Shown in pieces: positions 39,251 to 49,823 of a stretch of DNA of 64,000 bases. Source of the stretch: Candidatus Poribacteria bacterium (GTDB lineage: Bacteria; Poribacteria; WGA-4E; UBA9662). The translations under genes and the position numbers were made by a program. The notes beneath the pieces are model-generated. The model had not been told where the DNA came from, searched no databases, and saw nothing but the letters and a program-made list of their open reading frames with translations. Numbering within the stretch: position 1 is the stretch's first letter; every line of letters begins with the position of its first letter. The stretch lies in contig JAYZAL010000005.1 of assembly GCA_036339735.1 (NCBI GenBank), forward strand, positions 32,001 to 96,000, written 5' to 3'.

Positions 39251-40105
39251 ATGGTAGAGATGACAGAACGCGAAAAATTTTTATTTGACTTGCAAGGCTT
39301 TCTAGTAGTTCCTAATTTTTTAAGTAAGGGCGAGCTAGAGCTACTTAATCAATCTGTTGATGCCTGCGAAGACCTGAAGGGAAAAGATGGAAATTCAAAC
39401 ACTGCTGGATCTGAAGCACTAGCTGGTACTCACAAGAGAGGCATGTTCAGTGGGATGTTAAACTGGCCTAAGCCTCACTGCGTTCCCTTTCGAGAATTAA
39501 TTGTTCATCCAAAGGCTATACCTTATCTTAACACAATGCATGGTCGTGGATGGCGGTTAGATCATGCGCCATTTATTCTGACTTCTGATTATGGTACTGA
39601 AGGGCTAGTTATTCATGGTTCGACCAACCGGCACTTTGATGGCTCACAGTATTATACTTACAGAAACGGGCAAATACGATGTGGCATGGTAGTTTTACAG
39701 TATCAATTGACCGACGTGGAGGAAGGTGACGGGGGATTATGTGTCATTCCTGGTAGCCATAAATCTAACTTCAGTTGTCCACAGGAAATTCGAAAATGGG
39801 AGCAAGATCATGAAGTCGTCTATAATGTTCCAGCCAAGGCTGGAGACATGGTTATTTTTAACGAAGCGACTCTTCATGGTACATTACCATGGAAACGTAA
39901 AGACAGACATCGTCGCTCATTACTGATTCGATATTCGCCTAAATATCTACATTTCGCTGGAGGTTACTATGATGTTACCTTCCCAGAGTGGGCCGACGAA
40001 TTGACTGAAGCCCAAAGGTCGGTTTTAGAACCACCATATATTTATAATCGACCTTTGATTGAGGATAACGGAGAAGATGTAATTCGTCCTTTGAGAGAAG
40101 GTTAA
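39251..40105 (+). CDS. Phytanoyl-CoA dioxygenase (PhyH) family Fe(II)/2OG enzyme
   Basis: FDLQGFLVV, GGLCVIPGSHK, AGD.VIF, LHG, RR.L..RY. Confidence 0.85.
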   Translation: MVEMTEREKFLFDLQGFLVVPNFLSKGELELLNQSVDACEDLKGKDGNSNTAGSEALAGTHKRGMFSGMLNWPKPHCVPFRELIVHPKAIPYLNTMHGRGWRLDHAPFILTSDYGTEGLVIHGSTNRHFDGSQYYTYRNGQIRCGMVVLQYQLTDVEEGDGGLCVIPGSHKSNFSCPQEIRKWEQDHEVVYNVPAKAGDMVIFNEATLHGTLPWKRKDRHRRSLLIRYSPKYLHFAGGYYDVTFPEWADELTEAQRSVLEPPYIYNRPLIEDNGEDVIRPLREG

Positions 40106-40175
40106 GATCTTTCCTACTCTGCCTTTTAATTCTTTTAATTAATTGAAAAGCCAAAAAATTTGATAGGGTATACTG

Positions 40176-41960
40176 ATGCAAGAGTGCCAATGGAATATTT
40201 TTTCTAAATTTCTTTTTTTTCTTTTCTTTGCTTTATCGATTTCCTTAGTTTCAATAACAGTTACAAATGCCGCTGATTCAAATGGAGTAGATGCTCATGA
40301 TCACGGCCATGACGATCATGGACATGATGATCATGGGCACGGTTCACATCACGGAATAGAAGGGGCCAAGTTACCTTTATGGACAATTATTCCTTTCGCC
40401 GGGATACTGTTATCTATTGCTATTTTCCCTCTGGTAGCCGAACATTTCTGGCATCAGAACTATGGCAAAGTATCACTAGCTTGGATCATTATCTTTTCCA
40501 TCCCATTTTTAATCGGCTATAAAGGGGATGCCTGGTACGAGATTGTTCACATTGTTTTGCTGGACTACGTTCCATTTATCGTTTTGCTAACGGCCTTGTT
40601 TACGGCGGCTGGTGGTATTTGCTTAAAAGGTTCACTACGTGGGTCCCCGGCAGTCAACACAATTATCATTGCTATTGGAACATCTCTAGCTAGTTGGATG
40701 GGGACGACTGGGGCTGCGATGTTGTTGATTCGTCCATTATTGCGAGCCAATGCTTGGCGAAAGCATAAAGTCCATGTGGTTGTTTTCTTCATCTTTCTAG
40801 TAGCCAACATAGGTGGTTCTCTAACTCCTCTTGGCGATCCGCCTCTTTTCTTGGGATTTTTGAAGGGGGTTGAGTTCTTCTGGACATTGAAATTATTCCC
40901 AGTCATGCTGCCTGTCTCGATTCTTCTACTAATTGTATTTTTTGTTTTTGATACGCTGATGTTTAAAAAAGAAGGCGCTGCTCCCGATGATGGTGAAAAA
41001 CAACCACTAAAATTAGATGGGGCGCTAAATTTTGTTTTTATCGCCTGTATTATCGGTGCTATTCTATTCTCTAAATCGCTAGCTGACGGTGCTTTTAAAG
41101 ACGAGACTGTTGCTGAAAAAATGGCCCCAAAAATCCAAAAAGCTGAAGGTAAAATGGCAGCAGCCAAAGATAAGCTTTCAGCTTATGTTTCCTCTAATTC
41201 TGGGGCTAGCCTAGATCAAAGCAATGCTGAATACTATCAACTTCGAACTGATCACTTGCACGCAGTAGCGGCCGTCAATGGTTTACGTGCGAAGAAAACC
41301 CATGATGAAAATTTAGGGGTTGATATTTTTGGAGTACGTGTTCCTTACGCTAATTTAGTTCGTGATGGATTAATGATTTTGATTGGTATTGTCAGTTTAA
41401 TTTATACTCCAATGTACCGTACAGTTAAAGATGATCATGGACATGTAGTCCCAGAAGAAAACGCCGCAGAAACTAATATTCGAGCAGCTAATGGATTTAC
41501 CTGGGAGCCGATCTTAGAAGTTGCCAAACTCTTTATTGGTATTTTTATTTGTATGATTCCTGCTTTAAAAATCCTCCAAGCAGGAGTCGATGGAAAGTTG
41601 AGTAATGTTGTACTAGCTGTGCAAAGTTCGACTAATGATCCCATTAACACAATGTACTTCTGGTTGACTGGAATCCTATCAAGTTTCTTAGATAATGCTC
41701 CTACCTATGTGGTCTTCTTCAACACTGCAGGCGGAGACCCAACATCTTTGATGGGCCCAATGTCCCAAACTCTTCTAGCTATCAGTTGTGGTGCAGTTTT
41801 CATGGGGGCTAACACTTATATTGGTAATGCGCCTAATTTTATGGTGAAAGCTATTGCCGAAGAAAATGGGGTTAAAATGCCAAGTTTCTTTGGTTATATG
41901 GCCTGGTCTATTCCTATACTAGTACCGGTTTTCATCCTGGTGACACTCATATTTTTCTGA
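40176..41960 (+). CDS. Putative sodium:proton antiporter (IT superfamily) with His-rich N-terminus
   Basis: GTTGAAMLLIRP, VANIGG.LTPLGDPPLFLG, LSSFLDNAPTY, FMGANTYIGNAPNFMV; the substrate is inferred. Confidence 0.75.
   Translation: MQECQWNIFSKFLFFLFFALSISLVSITVTNAADSNGVDAHDHGHDDHGHDDHGHGSHHGIEGAKLPLWTIIPFAGILLSIAIFPLVAEHFWHQNYGKVSLAWIIIFSIPFLIGYKGDAWYEIVHIVLLDYVPFIVLLTALFTAAGGICLKGSLRGSPAVNTIIIAIGTSLASWMGTTGAAMLLIRPLLRANAWRKHKVHVVVFFIFLVANIGGSLTPLGDPPLFLGFLKGVEFFWTLKLFPVMLPVSILLLIVFFVFDTLMFKKEGAAPDDGEKQPLKLDGALNFVFIACIIGAILFSKSLADGAFKDETVAEKMAPKIQKAEGKMAAAKDKLSAYVSSNSGASLDQSNAEYYQLRTDHLHAVAAVNGLRAKKTHDENLGVDIFGVRVPYANLVRDGLMILIGIVSLIYTPMYRTVKDDHGHVVPEENAAETNIRAANGFTWEPILEVAKLFIGIFICMIPALKILQAGVDGKLSNVVLAVQSSTNDPINTMYFWLTGILSSFLDNAPTYVVFFNTAGGDPTSLMGPMSQTLLAISCGAVFMGANTYIGNAPNFMVKAIAEENGVKMPSFFGYMAWSIPILVPVFILVTLIFF
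40292..40352 (+). repeat. Coding (HDDHG)n His-rich repeat
   Basis: AHDHGHDDHGHDDHGHGSHH. Confidence 0.8.
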
Positions 41961-41973
41961 TCCTAATTTAGAA

Positions 41974-42267
41974 ATGTCAACCGACGACAAACTAAATGAA
42001 GCCCCAACAACAGGCAAATTTGGTCAGCCAATTTCGTCTGTTGTTGTCGTTGGTGACCTAGGGTCCGTTGGCTTCACTCTGGTTTTTGCTACACTGATTG
42101 GCATTTACGGTGGCCGCTATCTTGGTAAAATGTGTGGTCAGGAAACGTTTGGAACGGTCGTAGGGGTGATTGTGGGTACGTCAGCTGGATTCCACCAACT
42201 CTATAAGGCTGTAAACCGATGGTTAAAGCGCCAGAAAACACAAAACCAAGGGATAAAAAGTGAATAG
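41974..42267 (+). CDS. AtpZ/AtpI-family (ATPase gene 1) small membrane protein
   Basis: Two Gly-rich TM helices (G...G..L...G...G...G); first gene of the atp operon. Confidence 0.75.
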   Translation: MSTDDKLNEAPTTGKFGQPISSVVVVGDLGSVGFTLVFATLIGIYGGRYLGKMCGQETFGTVVGVIVGTSAGFHQLYKAVNRWLKRQKTQNQGIKSE

Positions 42268-42670
42268 ACGAACGGCGTTTGAGGTTGACTCCAACTTCTT
42301 GCGTCAAGTATACTTCCTGACTTGGGTTAGCGGAATATCTGGGACACCATTTTTGGCGTTTTTTTTGGGGTTATCAATAGGGGCGAGCTTCGGCGTAGGT
42401 AGTCTTGCTAGTATTTCGATGCTCGCTGCCATGGAGTTCGCAGTTCGTAAAACCATTGATCCAAACAACAGTGTAAGAAAAGGCAAATGGCTGTTTGCTG
42501 GGCTAACTTCAAGCAAGTACGTTATCTTGCTTCTTGCGTTGTTCTTTTTAATTAGGTCAGAGTGGTTAAACATTTACGCTCTGACTGTTGGGATCACACT
42601 TGCCCAGTTGATTATCATGGCCAAGGCTGTATTTATCACAGTTCGTTTTTTTTGTAGAGGAAACTTTTGA
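42260..42670 (+). CDS. atpI: ATP synthase protein I-like
   Basis: 4-TM hydrophobic protein immediately before atpB. Confidence 0.7.
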   Translation: MNRRTAFEVDSNFLRQVYFLTWVSGISGTPFLAFFLGLSIGASFGVGSLASISMLAAMEFAVRKTIDPNNSVRKGKWLFAGLTSSKYVILLLALFFLIRSEWLNIYALTVGITLAQLIIMAKAVFITVRFFCRGNF

Positions 42671-43527
42671 AAGCCGTCAAGCGATTGCTCCAAACATTTC
42701 GCAGCTCATACTTTTCTTTGTTTTTGTTTACTTTTCTGTCCGTTCTGCTAACGTTTCCTGCTTCCGCTGCTGGGTACCGTTCTTGGTTGAAGATTGTGAC
42801 TGATCTTGGTCTTCCTACTCCCCCACCTGGTACTCCGTGGGAACAACTAGACATGATTGCCAACACTTTTTTTGTAGTAGCTTTGTTAATTTTGTTGTTT
42901 GTCTTGGGCAGTCGGAACTTGAAGCGTTTACCCGAAACCAAGTTCCAGATGCTGCTAGAGATCTGCATCGGTTTCATTGTTAATTTCTTCGGCGGGATCC
43001 TAGGTAAACACGGAAAACAGTACTCCTGGTTCGTTGGCTCTTATTTTATCTTCATTTTATTTCTGAACTATTTGGGGCTCATTCCAGGATTTCAGTCTCC
43101 TACTGCCGACCTCAATACGACTGTAGCTTTCGGCTTAATTGCTGTGATTGGTGTCAATGTTATCTCTATCAAAGAAAATGGGATAATCAATCATATCAAA
43201 CATTTTTGGGGCGATCCTTGGTACCTAGGTTTCCTCATGTTTCCTCTTCACGTTATCGGTGAAGTTGCCAGAGCAGCTTCGCTCGCATTACGTCTGTTTG
43301 GGAATATATTTGGAGAAGAAACAGTAATAATAAAGATTACCGTTCTTGGGGTAGGTCTGATGACCCTTTTAGCCTCGAAGTTAGGTGGTTTTTGGCTACC
43401 GATACCTGTGCAAATACCAATCCTCTTCTTTGGCATGTTAGGCGGTTTTCTGCAAGCTTTTGTTTTTTCACTGCTGACATCAGTTTATATTGTCACATTT
43501 TTGGACCACGGAGATGACCATCACTAA
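42667..43527 (+). CDS. atpB: F0 subunit a
   Basis: PTAD.N.T, SLALRLFGNIF, LQAFVF.LLT.VY. Confidence 0.96.
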   Translation: MKAVKRLLQTFRSSYFSLFLFTFLSVLLTFPASAAGYRSWLKIVTDLGLPTPPPGTPWEQLDMIANTFFVVALLILLFVLGSRNLKRLPETKFQMLLEICIGFIVNFFGGILGKHGKQYSWFVGSYFIFILFLNYLGLIPGFQSPTADLNTTVAFGLIAVIGVNVISIKENGIINHIKHFWGDPWYLGFLMFPLHVIGEVARAASLALRLFGNIFGEETVIIKITVLGVGLMTLLASKLGGFWLPIPVQIPILFFGMLGGFLQAFVFSLLTSVYIVTFLDHGDDHH

Positions 43528-43622
43528 ACTCCTGAGTTCTTTTTAAATTTTGTTAATTTAATAGTTTCAAAACCAATATAGTCATTTCACAACAACTAAT
43601 AATCATTTAAGGAGAAAGGAAA

Positions 43623-43925
43623 ATGATTTATCTCGCGATTTTAGCATTTGGGGTTACACTAGGTTTGCCGATTGCCGTGATCTTTGCATCTCACGCTCAA
43701 GGAAAAGCGGTAACTGCCGCCATGGAAGGAATTGCCAGACAACCGGAGTCTGCAGGCGCGATGACAGGTCCGATGGTTATCGGTCTTGCACTAATCGAAG
43801 CTATGGTTATCTACTCCTTGGTAATGTTCTTCGTCTTGTTAAATAAGTTACCTGACCCAGACTCCACATTAGTTGAAATGATTTCAGCTAATGCCGAAGT
43901 TAGAACTGCAGCCGATAATAAATAA
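43623..43925 (+). CDS. atpE: F0 subunit c
   Basis: ARQPE loop, GLALIEA..IY; strong AAGGAG RBS. Confidence 0.96.
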   Translation: MIYLAILAFGVTLGLPIAVIFASHAQGKAVTAAMEGIARQPESAGAMTGPMVIGLALIEAMVIYSLVMFFVLLNKLPDPDSTLVEMISANAEVRTAADNK

Positions 43926-43941
43926 CTGACCAGTAATTAAT

Positions 43942-43984
43942 GCTTAAAGGTGGGAATTTGTTTAATTAGTTTCCACCTTTAAGC
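43942..43984 (+). terminator. Stem-loop after atpE (mRNA stabiliser or partial terminator)
   Basis: GCTTAAAGGTGGGAA...TTTCCACCTTTAAGC, a 15-bp stem. Confidence 0.65.
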
Positions 43985-44021
43985 TCCTAATAGTTTCACT
44001 TTTTCGAGACATAATCCTCAA

Positions 44022-44651
44022 ATGAGATTCAAAAATATAAAAGTATTATTTGTTCTTGTATGTCACCTGATCTTGCTATTTACTTTCATAGCCACCGTTT
44101 CTGCTGCGCCCGGAGGAGGTAGTTCTAACTCGGAAGCCAAGAGTGGAATCCTTGGTGTATTAGGCATTGAACCCAAATTGATCCTCATTCAAGGTATTGG
44201 TTTCGTGATAGTTCTGTTGATTCTGAAAAAGTTCGCCTTTGGTAAGATTGGGGGAGTTATCGAAGACAGACAAAACGAGATTTCTAGCCGAATGGACAAA
44301 TTGGAATCTGATCAAGCTGAACTAGACAGATTGACAGCTGAAACAGAACAAAGACTCAGCCAAATTGAAGCAGAAGCCAAAGATAAAATACAAAGAGCTA
44401 TTGAACAAGGCGAATCTGAGAAGCAAGAAATATTGGAACAATCTCGTCAAGAAGCCGCTGCTCTGATTGATCAAGCTCGAATAGAAATCGAACAAGATAA
44501 AGAAACTGCAATCCTAGAATTGCGAGGACAAATTGCCGAAATTGCTATAGACGCTGCTAGCAAAGTCATTGACCAACAGCTTGATGTGACTACCCATCAG
44601 CATGTAGTTGATGAGTATGTTAACCGATTACCTACAGGACCTATAGTGTAG
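44022..44651 (+). CDS. atpF: F0 subunit b
   Basis: TM Q.IGF.I...ILKKFAF, then I.DRQ..I and a long coiled coil. Confidence 0.93.
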   Translation: MRFKNIKVLFVLVCHLILLFTFIATVSAAPGGGSSNSEAKSGILGVLGIEPKLILIQGIGFVIVLLILKKFAFGKIGGVIEDRQNEISSRMDKLESDQAELDRLTAETEQRLSQIEAEAKDKIQRAIEQGESEKQEILEQSRQEAAALIDQARIEIEQDKETAILELRGQIAEIAIDAASKVIDQQLDVTTHQHVVDEYVNRLPTGPIV

Positions 44652-44887
44652 AAGTAGACTTTTGATTTGTGTGATTAGGCTTGACGCAACCGACAAAACG
44701 ACAAGCGTAGCCAGCACGTCAATCAATCCTAAAGAGTCAACCTAACTGAAGTAGAAGATGTACGTTTCGCTTTTTATATACAAAGCGAGACAAAACTGGT
44801 GCAAGTTCTTAACCCGAATTAAAATATAAGCTTCGAAAAGAAAGGTAAAGTCAATCGTTAATATGCAGCCAAACGGAGATAGTTACT

Positions 44888-45427
44888 ATGAAAGATGTTA
44901 GGGTTGCTCAGCGGTATTCAGCGGCTTTGTTTCAAGCTGCTACTGAACAAGGGTCAACTGACCAAATAGTCAGCGACGCTAGCTATTTGATGGATTTGTT
45001 AGCAGAATCGTCGGAATTTAATCAGCTAATTCACGATCCTTTAATCTCACCTGAATTTAAAAAAGAGATTTTCCAAAATTTGTTTGATCAACAAGTAAAT
45101 CCATTAACACTTGGTTTCTTAACTATGTTAGCTGATAAACAAAGAGAACGTGGTTTAGTGTCAATTTTGGAGTATTTCCAGCTTATAATTGACCAACAAT
45201 CCGGTCAAATAGAGGCTTCTGTCACAGTAGCAACCCCACTTGGTGATGAGCAAAAATCAGCATTGATTGAAAAATTGAGTCTTTATTCTGGTAAGACGGT
45301 GAGATTGAAAATTCACATTGACTCGGCCATACAGGGTGGATTTATAGCTAAACTCGGAGATACTGTTTTTGATGGAAGTATTAAGACACAACTAGAACGA
45401 ATGAAGTCGCAATTGGCAAGAGGGTAA
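44888..45427 (+). CDS. atpH: F1 subunit delta
   Basis: VAQRYS.ALF, ID..I.GG....GD.V.DGS. Confidence 0.95.
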   Translation: MKDVRVAQRYSAALFQAATEQGSTDQIVSDASYLMDLLAESSEFNQLIHDPLISPEFKKEIFQNLFDQQVNPLTLGFLTMLADKQRERGLVSILEYFQLIIDQQSGQIEASVTVATPLGDEQKSALIEKLSLYSGKTVRLKIHIDSAIQGGFIAKLGDTVFDGSIKTQLERMKSQLARG

Positions 45428-45433
45428 GTTTTT

Positions 45434-46969
45434 ATGGCAAGAGAAGTTAGACCAGACGAAGTTTCGAGTATTCTTAAGCAACAACTACTTCAGTATAACC
45501 GAGATGTAGATGTTTATGATGCTGGAACAGTACTTCAGGTCGGTGATGGCATTGCCCGAGTTCATGGGTTAGCTAATGCAATGGCAGGTGAGGAAATTCT
45601 GTTTCCCAATAATGTAATGGGCATGGTCTTCAATTTAGAAGAAGATAATGTTGGTTGCGTACTATTCGGTGAGGACACAGAAGTAAGAGAAGGCGATACT
45701 GTCAAAAGAACTAACTCCCTGTTAGAAGTACCTGTCGGAGAGGCTATGCTCGGTCGTGTGGTCAATGCACTCGGTGAACCTATCGACGGTGGCCCAGAAA
45801 TCGAGACCGAACATAAATTGCCCGTCGAACGAAAAGGGCTAGGTATTATACAGCGACAGCCAGTCGAAGAACCTCTACTAACTGGGATTAAAGCTATTGA
45901 TAGCATGGTGCCAATAGGTCGTGGGCAAAGAGAGTTGATCATTGGTGACCGTCAAACTGGAAAAACGGCTATTGCCATAGACACAATAATTAACCAGAAG
46001 GATTCTGGAGTGAAGTGTATCTATGTCGCAGTTGGTCAAAAAGGATCGACGATTGCTCAAGTAGTAGATACACTTCGTCAACATGATGCAATGGACTACA
46101 CAATTGTGGTTGCTGCAACTGCAAGTGATACTTCGCCAATGCAGTATCTTGCCCCCTATTCAGGAACTTCGATGGGAGAATACTTCCGGGATAAAGGTGA
46201 ACATGCACTTATCATCTATGATGATCTAACTAATCATGCATGGGCTTATCGACAAATGTCGTTGCTTCTACGTCGTCCACCAGGTCGCGAAGCTTATCCA
46301 GGTGACGTTTTCTACTTACACTCGCGTTTACTAGAACGAGCGGCTAAGTTAAGTGACGACCTTGGAGCCGGATCTTTAACCTCATTACCGATTATACAAA
46401 TTTTTGAAGGGGATCTTACCACCTACATTCCAACAAACGTTATTTCGATTACCGACGGCCAGATCTATCTGACCACGGATTTATTTAATGCAGGGGTCAG
46501 ACCAGCGATTAATCCAGGTGTTTCTGTTTCTCGAGTTGGTGGAGATGCTCAGATTAAAGCTATGAAGGCTGATGGTGTAGCAAAAACCATGCGCTTGGAT
46601 CTTGCTCGTTACCGTGAAGTGGCTGCCTTCGCCCAGTTTGGGTCAGATTTAGATGCAGCAACACAACAACAATTAAAACGTGGTGAGCGACTAATCGAAC
46701 TACTCAAGCAACCCCAGTACCAGCCACTACCAGTTGAAAAAGAGATTGTGTCCATTTTCTCTGGCTCTAATGGTTACTTAGATGACATTGAGCTAACTGA
46801 TGTTGCCCGTTTCGAAGCTGAACTCTTGTCCTTTATGGACCAAAACCATAGTGAAATCCTGGAAGAAATTGTAACAACTGGTAACCTGTCTGATGATTTA
46901 GCCGAGCAGCTAAGTGAGGCTACTAGTAGATTTAAAGCATCATTCCAGCCAAGTGTTTCAGAGGATTAG
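45434..46969 (+). CDS. atpA: F1 subunit alpha
   Basis: [30 protein letters not shown]. Confidence 0.99.
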   Translation: MAREVRPDEVSSILKQQLLQYNRDVDVYDAGTVLQVGDGIARVHGLANAMAGEEILFPNNVMGMVFNLEEDNVGCVLFGEDTEVREGDTVKRTNSLLEVPVGEAMLGRVVNALGEPIDGGPEIETEHKLPVERKGLGIIQRQPVEEPLLTGIKAIDSMVPIGRGQRELIIGDRQTGKTAIAIDTIINQKDSGVKCIYVAVGQKGSTIAQVVDTLRQHDAMDYTIVVAATASDTSPMQYLAPYSGTSMGEYFRDKGEHALIIYDDLTNHAWAYRQMSLLLRRPPGREAYPGDVFYLHSRLLERAAKLSDDLGAGSLTSLPIIQIFEGDLTTYIPTNVISITDGQIYLTTDLFNAGVRPAINPGVSVSRVGGDAQIKAMKADGVAKTMRLDLARYREVAAFAQFGSDLDAATQQQLKRGERLIELLKQPQYQPLPVEKEIVSIFSGSNGYLDDIELTDVARFEAELLSFMDQNHSEILEEIVTTGNLSDDLAEQLSEATSRFKASFQPSVSED

Positions 46970-46978
46970 GTAACTGAA

Positions 46979-47881
46979 GTGGCAACACTACGCGAAATAC
47001 GACGACGTATCGCCAGTATAACGAAGATATCGCAAGTCACCGATGCCATGCGGATGGTGGCGACTGCCAAACTCAGGAGGGCACAACAAGCAATTGAAGC
47101 AAACCGCCCCTATGCAGATAAATTCGGCAGGATTTTGAATCAACTGATTCACTTAAATAGTGTGACAGAAGAAAACAATACGGAGTCTCAACTTGTTCAT
47201 CCTTTACTAGAAGTACGACCGGTTAAACGAGTTTGTATCATCTCTGTATCTGGTGATAGAGGATTATGTGGCAGTTTTAACGCTAACACAATTCGGACTA
47301 CTAATCAGCGTTTACAACACTATCAGCAGCAGGGAATTGAAGTTGACTTAATTTGCGTAGGTCGAAGGGTCGCTGACTTTTTTCGTCGTCGGCTAACAGT
47401 ATCTGGCGAATACGTGAATATATTCAATAATTTGAAATTTGAAGTGGCTATTGATTTGGCAAATAAGGTCAGTTCTATGTATTCGGGTAAGTCAGTTGAT
47501 TCAGTGGAAATCATATACAATAATTTCCGGTCGGCTATCTTACAAGTGGTTCAAACAGAACAGCTTTTGCCACTTGACACCTCAGGTCAATCATTTGTTA
47601 GTGAAACTTCGGAATCAATTTCCACTGAATATCTGTACGAGCCGACTCGAGAAGAAATTCTTCACCAGATTTTGCCCAAGCATTTAAATGCTCAAATTTG
47701 GAAGGCTTTACTAGATTCGAATGCCGCCGAGCAAGCAGCAAGAATGACTGCTATGGAGAACGCAACTCAGAACGCTAAAGATATTATTGATGAGCTGGTA
47801 CTACAGCGAAATCGTGCTAGACAAACACTAATTACCAAGGAAGTCGCTGAAATTGTCAGTGGCGCAGAGGCTTTGGGTTAG
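46979..47881 (+). CDS. atpG: F1 subunit gamma
   Basis: DRGLCGSFN, EQAARMTAM.NAT.NA, RQ..IT.E..EIV.GA.AL. Confidence 0.98.
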   Translation: MATLREIRRRIASITKISQVTDAMRMVATAKLRRAQQAIEANRPYADKFGRILNQLIHLNSVTEENNTESQLVHPLLEVRPVKRVCIISVSGDRGLCGSFNANTIRTTNQRLQHYQQQGIEVDLICVGRRVADFFRRRLTVSGEYVNIFNNLKFEVAIDLANKVSSMYSGKSVDSVEIIYNNFRSAILQVVQTEQLLPLDTSGQSFVSETSESISTEYLYEPTREEILHQILPKHLNAQIWKALLDSNAAEQAARMTAMENATQNAKDIIDELVLQRNRARQTLITKEVAEIVSGAEALG

Positions 47882-47887
47882 ACGTAA

Positions 47888-49312
<1,425 letters not shown>

Positions 49313-49334
49313 ATAACGCTGCACAGGTTATTGA

Positions 49335-49739
49335 ATGGCTGATAAATCATATGCTTTAGAAATCCGGACTCCGGAAAGGTTAGTTTTTGAAGAGCAAGTT
49401 TCTAGCGTCACAGCTCCTGGAGTTGAAGGGAATTTCCAAATCCTTGCAGATCATATCCCATTTCTAACAATCTTAACAACAGGTGTAATAAGCATTCAGA
49501 CAGAGGATGGAGATCGATCTTTGGCTACGAGCGGTGGACTATTTGAAGTGTTAGCGGGACGAGTGACAGCTTTGCTAGATACAGCTGAATGGTCCGATGA
49601 GATTGATGTTGAGCGTGCGGAGGCATCGCGTAAGCGAGCTAAAGAGCGTTTGTCCTCCAGAACTAGTAATATTGACGAGATTCGTGCTGAAGCAGCCTTA
49701 AAACGTGCATTAATCAGAATAAAAATTTCTAGTCCTTGA
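49335..49739 (+). CDS. atpC: F1 subunit epsilon
   Basis: TPE, PG.EG...IL..H.P, SGG.FEV, ID.ERA. Confidence 0.96.
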   Translation: MADKSYALEIRTPERLVFEEQVSSVTAPGVEGNFQILADHIPFLTILTTGVISIQTEDGDRSLATSGGLFEVLAGRVTALLDTAEWSDEIDVERAEASRKRAKERLSSRTSNIDEIRAEAALKRALIRIKISSP

Positions 49740-49823
49740 TTTACCAGACCAATTGATAATATCGGGAAAAACCAATCACTAAGGTGTTGGTAGGTGTCTA
49801 CCCTCCTTATTTGAGGATTTAGG

